Numbered from the stretch's first letter, positions 9,192-18,478 are shown. The stretch is 64,000 bases of DNA from Candidatus Sericytochromatia bacterium (GCA_036676985.1 JAKFBU010000026.1:32001-96000), one strand, 5' to 3'. Notes: generated by a model from the sequence alone, not told the origin. Made by a program: numbers and translations.

Positions 9192-10205
9192 ATGGCCAAG
9201 GCGCAATCGCTCAGCGGAAAGCAAAAGGCGGCGGCCCTGCTCGTGGCCCTCGGCCCCGAGACGGCTGGTACGCTCCTCAAGTACATCGGCTCGACCGAGG
9301 ACATCGAGATGCTGACCCTCGAGGTCGCGAACCTCGGCAAGCTCCCTCCGGAGACGACCGAGGAGATCCTCGAGGAGTTCTATCACGTCCTCCAGGCCAA
9401 CCAGTACATCAGCACGGGCGGCGTCCAGTACGCCCGCGAGGTTCTGACCAAGGCCCTGGGCGCCGACAAGGCCGAGGAGATCCTGCATCGCCTCTCGGAG
9501 AGCCTGACGGCCCTGCCGTTCGAGTTCATCCGGCAGGCGGATCCCATGCAGATCCTCAACTTCATCCAGAACGAGCACCCGCAGACCATCGCCCTCATCC
9601 TCGCCTACATGCGCGCGGAGCAGGCGGCCCTGGTGGTCTCGGGCCTGCCCAGCGAGCTGCAGACGGACGTCGCCACCCGCATCGCCCAGATGGACCGCAC
9701 CACGCCGGCGGTGCTGCGCGAGGTGGAGAAGGTCCTCGAGCGCAAGTTCTCGGCGGTCATGAGCCAGGACTTCACCAACGCGGGCGGCATCAAGGCGCTC
9801 GTGGCCATGCTCAACTCGGTCGACCGCGGCACGGAAAAGACGATCCTCGAGTCGCTCGAGGAGCAGAACCCGGACCTCGCCGAGGAGATCAAGAAGCTCA
9901 TGTTCGTCTTCGAGGACATCGTCATCCTCGACGACCGCTCGATCCAGCGCGTGCTGCGCGAGGTCGACACCAAGGAGCTGGCGCTGGCGCTCAAGGGCTC
10001 CAACGAAGAGGTACGAACCAAGGTCTTCAAGAACATGTCGGAGCGCATGGGCAAGATCGTCCGCGACGAGCTGGACTACATGGGCCCGGTGCGCGTGCGC
10101 GACGTGGAGGAAGTCCAGCAGAAGATCGTGTCGATCATCCGCTCCCTGGAGGAGCGCGGCGAGATCATCGTGGCGCGCGGCGGCGGCGACGAGCTCCTCA
10201 GCTAG
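9192..10205 (+). CDS. fliG: Flagellar motor switch protein FliG
   Basis: EHPQTIALIL, MFVFEDI and LALALKG motifs. Confidence 0.98.
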   Translation: MAKAQSLSGKQKAAALLVALGPETAGTLLKYIGSTEDIEMLTLEVANLGKLPPETTEEILEEFYHVLQANQYISTGGVQYAREVLTKALGADKAEEILHRLSESLTALPFEFIRQADPMQILNFIQNEHPQTIALILAYMRAEQAALVVSGLPSELQTDVATRIAQMDRTTPAVLREVEKVLERKFSAVMSQDFTNAGGIKALVAMLNSVDRGTEKTILESLEEQNPDLAEEIKKLMFVFEDIVILDDRSIQRVLREVDTKELALALKGSNEEVRTKVFKNMSERMGKIVRDELDYMGPVRVRDVEEVQQKIVSIIRSLEERGEIIVARGGGDELLS

Positions 10206-10217
10206 GTGTAGGACGGC

Positions 10218-11018
10218 ATGACCCGGATCATCAAGAGCGATCAGACGCGCTGGGTCGACGGCAAGTGGCTGGTGACGGCCACGCCGCAGGCCGATTCGTT
10301 CGTGCCCGACGGCGCGGAGCCCGAGGCTCCGCCCATCGACCCCGCCGTGCTCCTCGCCGAGGCCGAGGCCAAGGTGCAGGCCATGCTCATGGCCGCCGAG
10401 GAGAAGGTCCAGGCGATCGCCGAGGAAGCCCGCCAGATGGGCTACCAGGAAGGCCTCGCCCGCGGTCGCGAGGAGGCCTACGCCCAGGGGCTCTCCCAGT
10501 GGCAGGGGCAGATGGCCGCCTTCCAGGCGGAAGCCGAGAGCTTCCTGGCCCGGCGTGAGGCCCTCTTGACCGAGGCCGAGCCGGACCTCGTCCGGCTGAG
10601 CCTCATGATCGCCAGCAAGATCCTGACGCGCGAGCCCAAGGACGCCAACCTGATCAGAGGGCTGGCAGCGGCGGCGATCGCCCGCCTCAACGGCGAGACC
10701 GTCGTGCGCGTGCGCCTGAACCCGCAGGACGCCGGCAAGCTCAACAACCCCCTGCAGGGACCGCCCAAGTTCGAGGTGGTCGCCGATGCCGAGATCGGGG
10801 CCGGCGGCGTCGTCGTTGAGACCCAGACAGGACGCGTCGATGCGACCTTCGCGAGCCAGTTCGAGGAGATCGTGCGCTCGGTGCTCGAGACCGAGGCCGA
10901 GAACGATCCGGCCATGAAGGGTGCCGCGGGCGACCTGCGCAAGGTGCCCCCGGCGCCGACCAAGGGCGGCGCCCGCGCTCCGATGGGCGGCTTCGGACCC
11001 GGAGGGTTCGGACGGTGA
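10218..11018 (+). CDS. fliH: Flagellar export protein FliH
   Basis: GxxxG repeats (GYQEGLARGREE), VRLNPQD and GGVVVET..GRVDA; lies between fliG and fliI. Confidence 0.9.
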   Translation: MTRIIKSDQTRWVDGKWLVTATPQADSFVPDGAEPEAPPIDPAVLLAEAEAKVQAMLMAAEEKVQAIAEEARQMGYQEGLARGREEAYAQGLSQWQGQMAAFQAEAESFLARREALLTEAEPDLVRLSLMIASKILTREPKDANLIRGLAAAAIARLNGETVVRVRLNPQDAGKLNNPLQGPPKFEVVADAEIGAGGVVVETQTGRVDATFASQFEEIVRSVLETEAENDPAMKGAAGDLRKVPPAPTKGGARAPMGGFGPGGFGR

Positions 11019-12322
11019 GCATGCTCGGGCCTTACCTCGATCGAGTGGCGGGCCTGGACCCGGTGCGCAAAGAAGGCAAGGTTGCTCAGGTGGTGGGCCT
11101 CGTGGTCGAGAGCTTCGGCCCCCAGGCGAGCCTCGGAGAGCTGTGCCGGATTTCCCTGGGCATGGGGCGTCCGGCTCTCATGGCCGAGGTGGTCGGCTTC
11201 CGCGACGATCGCATTCTTCTGATGCCCCTGGGCCCCCTGGAGGGCGTGCGTCCCGGTACGCCCGTGGTGGCGACCGGTGAGATGCTCGGCGTCCGGGTGG
11301 GTCCAGAGCTCCTGGGTCGGGTGATCGACGGCCTCGGCAACCCCATCGACGGCAAGGGGCCCTTGCGGGCGAAACAGCGGGCGCCTCTGGACGCCAACCC
11401 GCCCAACCCCCTCACGCGCATGCGCATCCACGAGCCGTTGCCCCTGGGCGTGCGGGCCATGGATAGCCTGCTCACCTGCGGCAACGGGCAGCGCATCGGC
11501 ATCTTCGCGGGCTCGGGCGTCGGCAAGTCGACGCTCCTCGGCATGATCGCGCGCAACGCCAAGGCCGACCTCAACGTCATCGCGCTCATCGGCGAGCGAG
11601 GCCGCGAGGTGCGGGAGTTTCTCGAGCGCGACCTCGGCCCCGAGGGCCTGGCGCGCTCGGTGGTGGTGGTCGCGACATCGGACCAGCCTGCTCTGCAGCG
11701 TCTCAAGGGGGCGTTCGTGGCGACGGCGATCGCCGAGTACTTCCGGGACCAGGGCGCCAACGTGATCATGATGATGGACTCGGTGACGCGCTTCGCCATG
11801 GCCCAGCGCGAGGTGGGGCTGGCGGTCGGCGAGCCGCCCGCCACCAAGGGCTACACGCCCTCGGTCTTCGCCCTGTTGCCGCGCCTATTGGAGCGCTCGG
11901 GCACCTCGGACGTGGGTGCCATCACGGCCCTCTACACGGTGCTCGTCGAGGGCGACGACACCAACGAGCCCATCGCCGACACGGTGCGCGGTATCCTGGA
12001 CGGCCACGTGGTGCTGTCGCGCGATCTGGCAGCCCAGAATCATTACCCGGCCATCGACGTCCTGGGCTCGGTCTCGCGCGTCATGACCGAGATCGTGCCC
12101 GGCGAGCACCTGGGGGCCGCGGGCAAGCTCCGCGAGACGCTCGCGGTCTACCGGGAGGCCCGGGACCTCATCAACATCGGCGCCTACGCCAAGGGCTCCA
12201 ACCCCTCCATCGATCGGGCCATCGAGCGGATCGATAGCGTGAACGCTTTCTTGCGGCAGGGGGTGTACGAGCCGTCGCCCTTCGAGGAGACGATTGGAGC
12301 GCTGCAGGGGTTGTTCGAGTAG
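11015..12322 (+). CDS. fliI: Flagellar export ATPase FliI
   Basis: Walker A AGSGVGKST, IGERGREV and DSVTRFAMAQRE motifs. Confidence 0.98.
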   Translation: MSMLGPYLDRVAGLDPVRKEGKVAQVVGLVVESFGPQASLGELCRISLGMGRPALMAEVVGFRDDRILLMPLGPLEGVRPGTPVVATGEMLGVRVGPELLGRVIDGLGNPIDGKGPLRAKQRAPLDANPPNPLTRMRIHEPLPLGVRAMDSLLTCGNGQRIGIFAGSGVGKSTLLGMIARNAKADLNVIALIGERGREVREFLERDLGPEGLARSVVVVATSDQPALQRLKGAFVATAIAEYFRDQGANVIMMMDSVTRFAMAQREVGLAVGEPPATKGYTPSVFALLPRLLERSGTSDVGAITALYTVLVEGDDTNEPIADTVRGILDGHVVLSRDLAAQNHYPAIDVLGSVSRVMTEIVPGEHLGAAGKLRETLAVYREARDLINIGAYAKGSNPSIDRAIERIDSVNAFLRQGVYEPSPFEETIGALQGLFE

Positions 12323-12345
12323 TGGAAGGCCGGGGACGATTAACG

Positions 12346-12489
12346 AGGAGGACCCCCCCTCCCCCCCCTCTAGAGGGGGGGAAGATCATATCCAGGTGGG
12401 GGGCAGGGCTGCTTTGTCGGATCTTGGGTGTGATCTCCCATCCCGCGGGCTTCCCCCCCTCGAGAGGGGGGGCTAGGGGGGGTACTCCT
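12346..12489. repeat. Inverted doublet of C/G-run palindromic repeat (REP/REPIN-like)
   Basis: 12346-12384 is a near reverse complement of 12450-12489. Each unit has an internal C-run/G-run palindrome, and an inner GATCATATCCAGG/CTTGGGTGTGATC pair extends the stem. Confidence 0.85.
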
Positions 12490-12490
12490 T

Positions 12491-12958
12491 ATGCCTAAGG
12501 GCTTCAAGTTCCGCCTACAAACCGTCCTCGACCTGGCTGAGCGCGTGCAGGACCAGAAGGCCCAGCTCATGGGCGCCGCCGAGGCCCGCCGCCAGTCCGT
12601 CATCGACGTCCTCGAGAACCTGCTCCGGAACGAGGCCACCCTGCGCAGCGACCTGCTGAAGGCCCAACAGTCGGGCGTCCTCGATCTGCAGGCCATCCAG
12701 ATGAGCCTGCAGTTCCTCGACAACCTCGCCGAAAGGGTGGTCGGGCAGCGAGCCGCGCTGGCCAAGGTCGACGAGGAGGTGGAGGCGGCCCGGGCCGAGC
12801 TCATGGAGGCCGCCCAGAAGGTGCAGGTCCTTCAGAAACTCAAGGACAAGGCGCGGGCGGACTACAACCGCGAGGTCGACCGCCAGGAGGCCAAGTTCAT
12901 CGACGAGATCGCCACCGTGCGATTTGTTCGTCAGGGCTCCCTCAACTTTGGGGAATAG
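12491..12958 (+). CDS. fliJ: Flagellar export protein FliJ
   Basis: FKFRLQTVLDL N-terminus, coiled coil, and C-terminal EAKFIDEIA. Confidence 0.9.
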   Translation: MPKGFKFRLQTVLDLAERVQDQKAQLMGAAEARRQSVIDVLENLLRNEATLRSDLLKAQQSGVLDLQAIQMSLQFLDNLAERVVGQRAALAKVDEEVEAARAELMEAAQKVQVLQKLKDKARADYNREVDRQEAKFIDEIATVRFVRQGSLNFGE

Positions 12959-12968
12959 CCGCCGATGA
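12942..12968 (+). promoter_or_regulatory. Sigma28 (FliA) promoter upstream of fliK
   Basis: TCAA-N15-GCCGATGA. Confidence 0.7.
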
Positions 12969-13019
12969 TGGGATCGGAAGGCCTGTAGAAGCGGGCCTTC
13001 GCCATCGAGGAGGTACCCC

Positions 13020-14417
13020 TTGAGCCTACCCATCCTGGTGACGCCGGCCGCCAAGCCGCTTCCGTCGAAGCCGACCACGTCTGCTACCCCCTCCGACAAG
13101 CCGTCCTTCTCGCAGGCCATCGGCAATGCCGAGCGCCGCACCGAGACGAAGCCTGTCGCGTCCGACAAGGACGTCGAGGTGAAGAGCACTCCGGACAAGG
13201 CGCTCGAAACGGCCCCCGAGGCCCCGGTCGCCGAGGAGCAGGCCCCGGTCGAGACACCCGTGGCGCAAGACCCCGTCGACCTCCAGATGATGGTCGCAGT
13301 CGCGAGCCAGGTCGCGCTGCCCGTGATCCAGGCGGTCGTCCAGCCGGTCCAGCAGGTCGTCGAGGTGAGCACCGCAGCGGCGCCCGTCGTCGAGACGGCC
13401 GCGCAGGCGCCCGTGCAGACGGCTCCCACCCATTCCAACACCCAGCAGGCCGTCGCCGAGCAGGTGAAGACCCCGGACGTCGCCGCCAAGGCCCCCGTGG
13501 CAATGCCGACCCAGGGCGATGCCCAGGCGAAGCCGGTCGACGCTCAGGTGGCGATCGCTCCCGCGGTCCAGCCCGAGACCGGCGACCAGCAAGGGGAGTC
13601 CCAGGATTCGCAGCCCCAGGCCGACAAGGGCCTCAAGGCTCCGGTGATGCCCGTGGCGACCCAGCAGGTGCCGCAGTCGATCGAGAGCCTGCGCGCCTCC
13701 GAGAAGGTCTCGACCCTCGTGAACGCGGCCCCCGAGGCCGCGATCGCCAAGGCACCGGTGGCGGATGCCGCCAAGCCCGCCCAGGACATCGCGACTGCGG
13801 CCCTCATGACCGAGGCGATGCAGGAAACCGAGACGGCTCAGCCGGCCGGCGAAACCGTCCGCCCCTGGCAGTTGCCGCACGCGGTGGGCAGCGCCGAGGT
13901 CCAGGCCCCGCAGGCCCAGGTCATCGAGGAGGGAGCGCCCACCGGCGAGCCCATGCCCATGCGCGAGGCCATGCGGACGACCTTCACGCAGGCCGCCAAG
14001 GAGCCAGGCAAGATGTCCGAGCTGCGCCTGCAGCTCACGCCCGAGCACCTCGGTCGCATGGAGATCCGCGTGATGTCCCACGAGGGCAACCTGAGCGCCC
14101 AGATCCGGGTGGACCACGCTCAGGCCCGCGACATGATGCAGGTCCAGATCGCCGAGCTGCGCCAGAGCCTCGCGGATCAGGGCATCAAGATCGATCGCCT
14201 GGAGGTCAGCGTCGGGCAGGACAAGCCGCGTGAGCAGTCCTTCGCCTTCGGCGGCAACCTCCAGCAGCAGACCGGACAGCAACAGCAGCAGGCCCACCAG
14301 CCCTCGACGGGCCGCGTGAGCTACTACGGCACCGAGACCTTCGACGAGGCGAGCGAGGAGGCCGAGGGCCTGCCGCTTGCGGGCGTCGGAGCGACGGCCG
14401 TCGATTACCAGGCCTAG
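13020..14417 (+). CDS. fliK: Flagellar hook-length control protein FliK
   Basis: A/P/Q-rich disordered N-terminus; LQLTPEHLGRMEI...LRQSLADQGI T3S4 domain; precedes flgD. Confidence 0.92.
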   Translation: MSLPILVTPAAKPLPSKPTTSATPSDKPSFSQAIGNAERRTETKPVASDKDVEVKSTPDKALETAPEAPVAEEQAPVETPVAQDPVDLQMMVAVASQVALPVIQAVVQPVQQVVEVSTAAAPVVETAAQAPVQTAPTHSNTQQAVAEQVKTPDVAAKAPVAMPTQGDAQAKPVDAQVAIAPAVQPETGDQQGESQDSQPQADKGLKAPVMPVATQQVPQSIESLRASEKVSTLVNAAPEAAIAKAPVADAAKPAQDIATAALMTEAMQETETAQPAGETVRPWQLPHAVGSAEVQAPQAQVIEEGAPTGEPMPMREAMRTTFTQAAKEPGKMSELRLQLTPEHLGRMEIRVMSHEGNLSAQIRVDHAQARDMMQVQIAELRQSLADQGIKIDRLEVSVGQDKPREQSFAFGGNLQQQTGQQQQQAHQPSTGRVSYYGTETFDEASEEAEGLPLAGVGATAVDYQA

Positions 14418-14426
14418 GAGGAAGAC

Positions 14427-14852
14427 ATGGCAGAAACCAACGCCGTCACCGGAGCCGCCGGACAGGCCGCGACGCCCCCCGTCGCCAAGAAGAGCGCCGT
14501 CGGCAAGGACGACTTCCTCAAGCTGCTCGTGACGCAGCTCCGCTTCCAGGACCCCATGAACCCCATGGAGGACAAGGAGTTCATCGCTCAGATGGCTCAG
14601 TTCAACGCCCTGGAGGAGATGCAGAACCTCAACAAGAACCTCGCCGCGCAGAACGAGTTTGCCCAGCTGACGCAGGCCTCGAGCCTCATCGGCAAGACGG
14701 TGGCCATCAAGACCGACAGCGAGCACTTCGCCGGCAAGATCGTCGAGGTCCGGCGGATGGACGGAGAGCTCAAGGTCATGGTCAAACCGCTCGAGGGGGA
14801 TGAGCCCGCTCAACCGTACGATCTCGACAAGATCTCGCAAGTTACGGCCTAA
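14427..14852 (+). CDS. flgD: Hook capping protein FlgD
   Basis: GKDDFLKLLVTQLRFQDPMNPMED.EFIAQMAQF. Confidence 0.96.
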   Translation: MAETNAVTGAAGQAATPPVAKKSAVGKDDFLKLLVTQLRFQDPMNPMEDKEFIAQMAQFNALEEMQNLNKNLAAQNEFAQLTQASSLIGKTVAIKTDSEHFAGKIVEVRRMDGELKVMVKPLEGDEPAQPYDLDKISQVTA

Positions 14853-14857
14853 ATCGC

Positions 14858-14884
14858 TAAAGGTCGCGCTCGGCTGGTCGATAC
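14858..14884 (+). promoter_or_regulatory. Sigma28 (FliA) promoter
   Basis: TAAA-N15-GTCGATAC upstream of TIGR02530/flgE. Confidence 0.75.
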
Positions 14885-14902
14885 GGAGATCAGGAGACGC
14901 CA

Positions 14903-15286
14903 ATGGAACTCAACGACCTTCATTTCGCCACGGGGCCGGTCGGTCCCATCGCACCCCGGGTCCCGGTCCAGGCGCCAAGTTCGACGGAAGTCCCGGCTCA
15001 ATCCTTCGGGGCGGTCCTCGATACCAAGGAGCGAGAGGTCAAATTCTCAGGGCACGCCCTGGCTCGCCTCAAGTTCCGGAACATCGAGATGAACCCCGGC
15101 CGGATGGAGCGGTTGTCGGAAGCGATTGATCGAGCGGCCGCCAAGGGCGCGAGGGATTCGCTGGTCCTGATGGACGACACGGCCTTCGTCGTCTCGGTCA
15201 AGAATCGCACCGTCATCACCGCGGTCGACGGGGCGAGCCTCAAGGAAAACGTGTTCACCAAGATCGACAGCGCGGTCATCGTCTAG
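14903..15286 (+). CDS. Flagellar operon protein (TIGR02530 family)
   Basis: KFSGHALARL..RNI, KGARDSLVL, VSVKNRTVITAVD and NVFTKIDSAV motifs; typical position between flgD and flgE. Confidence 0.9.
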   Translation: MELNDLHFATGPVGPIAPRVPVQAPSSTEVPAQSFGAVLDTKEREVKFSGHALARLKFRNIEMNPGRMERLSEAIDRAAAKGARDSLVLMDDTAFVVSVKNRTVITAVDGASLKENVFTKIDSAVIV

Positions 15287-15308
15287 TTCAAGGTTTACGG
15301 TCATCACT

Positions 15309-15371
15309 GCAGGATAGGCTGGACCCGGAAGGGAAGCCGAGCGAAAGGCCAGACGCGCCTTCGCTACCTGC
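15309..15371 (+). ncRNA. Candidate structured cis-regulatory RNA in the flgE leader
   Basis: Closing stem GCAGG/CCTGC encloses two hairpins: GGCT-GGA-CCC-GGAA-GGG-A-AGCC and AGCGAAAGGC/GCCTTCGCT. Confidence 0.45.
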
Positions 15372-15394
15372 CTCGAGTATGAGGAGGAGCCCCG

Positions 15395-16732
15395 ATGCTT
15401 CGTTCGCTCAATTCCGGCGTTTCCGGTCTGCGCAACCAGCAGGTTCGCCTGGACGTCATCGGCAACAACATCGCCAACGTCAACACCGTGGGCTACAAGG
15501 CCCACCGCGTGAACTTCCAGGAGCAATTCTCGCAGACGCTGCGCGGCGGTTCGGCTCCGAGCGGGGCCCTGGGCGGCACCAACCCCACTCAGGTCGGTCT
15601 GGGCGTGACGGTCGGCTCCATCGACCTCATCCAGTCGCAGGGCTCCTTGAACCCGACCGGCAAGAACACGGACCTGGCCATCAGCGGTGAGGGCTTCTTC
15701 ATCATCAGCGACGGCAAGCAGCAGGTCTACACCCGCGATGGCGCCTTCGACTTCGACCGCTCGGGCAACCTGGTCAAGATCTCGAACGGATTCCGCGTGA
15801 TGGGCTGGAACGCTCAGATGCAGCCCAACGGCAGCGCCACGGTGGACACCTCGCGGGTTCCCGAGGCCCTCGTGGTTCCTGCCGGCACCACCCTCAACCC
15901 ACAGCCGACGAGCTACGTCAAGCTGGGCTCGAATCTCGAACAGCAATCGCCTGCCGGAAATGAGGCCCGCTCTTCAATCAGCATCTACGACTCGGCCGGT
16001 AACGTCCATAAGGGCAGCGTCGTATTTGAGCGGGACGCGGTGGTCAATACGTGGAACGTGTCGTTCATTCCGGATGATCAGACGATGTTCGATACCACCG
16101 GGGCTGGCTGGTCAGGCGTTACCACGCGTGAGCTGGCGCTGGGCAACATCACCTTCGATGACAAGGGCGTCTTGCTCAACAATGCGGTCTCCACACTCGA
16201 CCTGACGCCGTCGGCGCTCAACGCCGGTAAGTTCTCCAACCTCAGCATCACCCTCGATGTCGGCACGGTTGGCAAGACGGATGGCCTGACCCAGTTTGCC
16301 GACCCCAAGTCGGATGCCTCGACCGGCTACTACAACCACACGGCCGTCATGGTCGACCAGAACGGCTTCTCGTCGGGCGCCCTGTCCGGTGTCTCCATCG
16401 GCAGCGACGGCAAGATGATGGGCATCTTCACCAACGGCCGCACCCGCATCCTTGGCCAGGTGGCCATGGCGACCTTCACCAACCCGGTGGGTCTCGCGGT
16501 CAACGGCGACAACATCTTCGCCTCGACCCCCAACTCGGGTGAGCCGCAGGTCGGCATCGCCGGCTCGGGCTCGCGCGGCCTCATCGCCCCCGGCACCCTG
16601 GAGAATTCGAACGTGGACCTGGCGTCGTCCTTCGCGGACCTGATCGTCGCCCAGCGCGGTCTCCAGTCCAACTCGAAGATCATCACGTCGTCCGATGAGG
16701 TCCTCCAGGAGCTCATGAGCCTCAAGCGGTAG
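15395..16732 (+). CDS. flgE: Flagellar hook protein FlgE
   Basis: LDVIGNNIANVNTVGYK, DLAISGEGFF, YTRDGAF and LENSNVDLA...AQRG motifs. Confidence 0.96.
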   Translation: MLRSLNSGVSGLRNQQVRLDVIGNNIANVNTVGYKAHRVNFQEQFSQTLRGGSAPSGALGGTNPTQVGLGVTVGSIDLIQSQGSLNPTGKNTDLAISGEGFFIISDGKQQVYTRDGAFDFDRSGNLVKISNGFRVMGWNAQMQPNGSATVDTSRVPEALVVPAGTTLNPQPTSYVKLGSNLEQQSPAGNEARSSISIYDSAGNVHKGSVVFERDAVVNTWNVSFIPDDQTMFDTTGAGWSGVTTRELALGNITFDDKGVLLNNAVSTLDLTPSALNAGKFSNLSITLDVGTVGKTDGLTQFADPKSDASTGYYNHTAVMVDQNGFSSGALSGVSIGSDGKMMGIFTNGRTRILGQVAMATFTNPVGLAVNGDNIFASTPNSGEPQVGIAGSGSRGLIAPGTLENSNVDLASSFADLIVAQRGLQSNSKIITSSDEVLQELMSLKR

Positions 16733-16742
16733 GAGTTAGTCC

Positions 16743-17927
16743 TTGGATATCGGCGGCGTCGGGCTCGGCCCGACCGGATTCTCTGCGGTCCCGCCCGAAA
16801 CCGCCCTCGACCCGCAGCGGTCGGGCCTGGCGGGGGCGGTCCGCGAGAAGCTCGGTCAGGTGCGGCAGGCGCCGCTCGACCTTTTAAGCGACGAGCGATT
16901 GGGCCGGGAGCTGGAGTCTCTCGGCCTTCGCCCTGATGCGGGCAAGCTCCTGGCGGCGCGCGCCCTGATCAAGCTTCAGGGGCGCATCGACCCGACGTTG
17001 CTCGCCGACGTCGAGCGCAGCCTTCAGACGCTCGGCAATCCGGGACTGCCCGAGGCCGAGGCGGCGGCCTTCCTCGCCGCTCGACGCTTGCCTGCCACAC
17101 CGGACGCCATGTCGTGGGTGCTGGGTCGTCAGCACTCTCCCGAATCGGCCGGGGCCCGGATGATTGCCATCATCCAGCGGTTCGTGGCCGCCATGGCTGC
17201 CCGGACGGCGGGGCAAGGAACCCCAGCGGGGAGTGAATCCCCCCACCGGGGGGCGGGAGCCTCAAGCCAGGGGGCTACGACCGGGGCCAAGGCCAGTGAC
17301 CTGCTCAGCCAGCTCGAGAGCCTCACCTTGCCTGAAGGGGACGTCCAGAAGGTGACGGAGGGCCTCAGGCGTCTGGTGAACGCCATGCGGCCCCAGGAGG
17401 CCGACCTCGCGCGTGAGCAAGTGACCGTCGCCAAAGAGCGGCTGAGCGCCATGGCGGCCAAGGTCCTCGCCGAGTCGCCCCAGGAGGCCGGCGCGCGCGA
17501 GGTGCACGACGAGGCGCGCTTCCAGCAGGTCCGAAATGCTCGACAAGAGGGTCAGGAACCGCATGAATTCGTCATTCCCGTCTGGTGGAATGGTGGAAGC
17601 GGCGAGATCCGGGTACAAGAGCGTGCGAAGGGGGCGCCGCGACGCGCCGAGGAAGACTCGGCACCCGTACGGGTCGTGATGTCCCTGAATACACCTCACC
17701 TCGGGCCCTTGCGCGTCGATTTACTTTTGGCCCAGCGCCAGGTAAACTGTCTGGTCGCTGTGCAAGATCAAGGCGCTGCCGACTTTCTGACGCCGCGTCT
17801 GACGGAATTACGCTCAGCCATCGAGGAAACAGGTATCCACGTCCACGTGATGGGCATGAAGCCCTTCGCCCCGGACGACGGACACCCGGATCCGGGTGAC
17901 GCCAAGGGCGTGGATTACTACGGGTAG
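16743..17927 (+). CDS. Second FliK-like protein (C-terminal T3S4-like domain)
   Basis: C-terminus VVMSLNTPHLGPLRVDL...LTELRSAIEETGI...GVDYYG resembles FliK-C. Lies directly before a FlhB-C-like gene. Confidence 0.6.
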   Translation: MDIGGVGLGPTGFSAVPPETALDPQRSGLAGAVREKLGQVRQAPLDLLSDERLGRELESLGLRPDAGKLLAARALIKLQGRIDPTLLADVERSLQTLGNPGLPEAEAAAFLAARRLPATPDAMSWVLGRQHSPESAGARMIAIIQRFVAAMAARTAGQGTPAGSESPHRGAGASSQGATTGAKASDLLSQLESLTLPEGDVQKVTEGLRRLVNAMRPQEADLAREQVTVAKERLSAMAAKVLAESPQEAGAREVHDEARFQQVRNARQEGQEPHEFVIPVWWNGGSGEIRVQERAKGAPRRAEEDSAPVRVVMSLNTPHLGPLRVDLLLAQRQVNCLVAVQDQGAADFLTPRLTELRSAIEETGIHVHVMGMKPFAPDDGHPDPGDAKGVDYYG

Positions 17928-17933
17928 GGCGCG

Positions 17934-18221
17934 ATGGCCGAGTCGGAAGACGAGCTGAAGCAGGCGGTCGCGCTGCGCTACGAGGACGGGGTCGACGAGG
18001 CTCCGCGCATCGTCGCTGCAGGCAAGGGGCTGGTCGCCGAGAAGATTCTGACCTTGGCCGTCGAAAATGACGTGGCCATTCATCGGGATCCGCTCTTGGT
18101 GCAGGGGTTGGCCGCCCTGGAAGTCGGTGAGCAGATTCCCGCCGAGTTCTACCCGATGGTGGCCGAGATTCTGGTGTTCGTGCAGCGCATGAACCGGGAG
18201 AAGGGAAACGAACGGCGTTGA
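17934..18221 (+). CDS. Stand-alone FlhB cytoplasmic-domain protein (FlhX/YlqH-like)
   Basis: AVALRY....APRIVAAGKGLVAEKI..LA.E..V.I..D..L...L..LEVG.QIP.E.Y..VAEIL. Confidence 0.9.
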   Translation: MAESEDELKQAVALRYEDGVDEAPRIVAAGKGLVAEKILTLAVENDVAIHRDPLLVQGLAALEVGEQIPAEFYPMVAEILVFVQRMNREKGNERR

Positions 18222-18475
18222 TCAAGCTGACGCGGCTGAACGGTAACGAGTTCATCGTCAACTGCGACCTCATCGAGAACGTGGAGACGGCGCCCGACAC
18301 CATCGTCTCGCTGACCACCAACCAGCGATACGTGGTTCGGGAGAGCGCGGACGAGGTGGTCGAGCGCGTGGCGGAGTTCAAGCGCCGCAGCCATCCCGAT
18401 GCACGGCTGTTCTTGAAGGTCCCTGCGGCACCGGCGGCTGACGCTGAGCCCGCGGCGCAGGACACGGAGGTCTAA
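18218..18475 (+). CDS. flbD: Flagellar protein FlbD family
   Basis: MIKLTRLNG.EF.VN.DLIE.VE..PDT.VSL....YVVRES. Confidence 0.93.
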   Translation: MIKLTRLNGNEFIVNCDLIENVETAPDTIVSLTTNQRYVVRESADEVVERVAEFKRRSHPDARLFLKVPAAPAADAEPAAQDTEV

Positions 18476-18478
18476 GCG

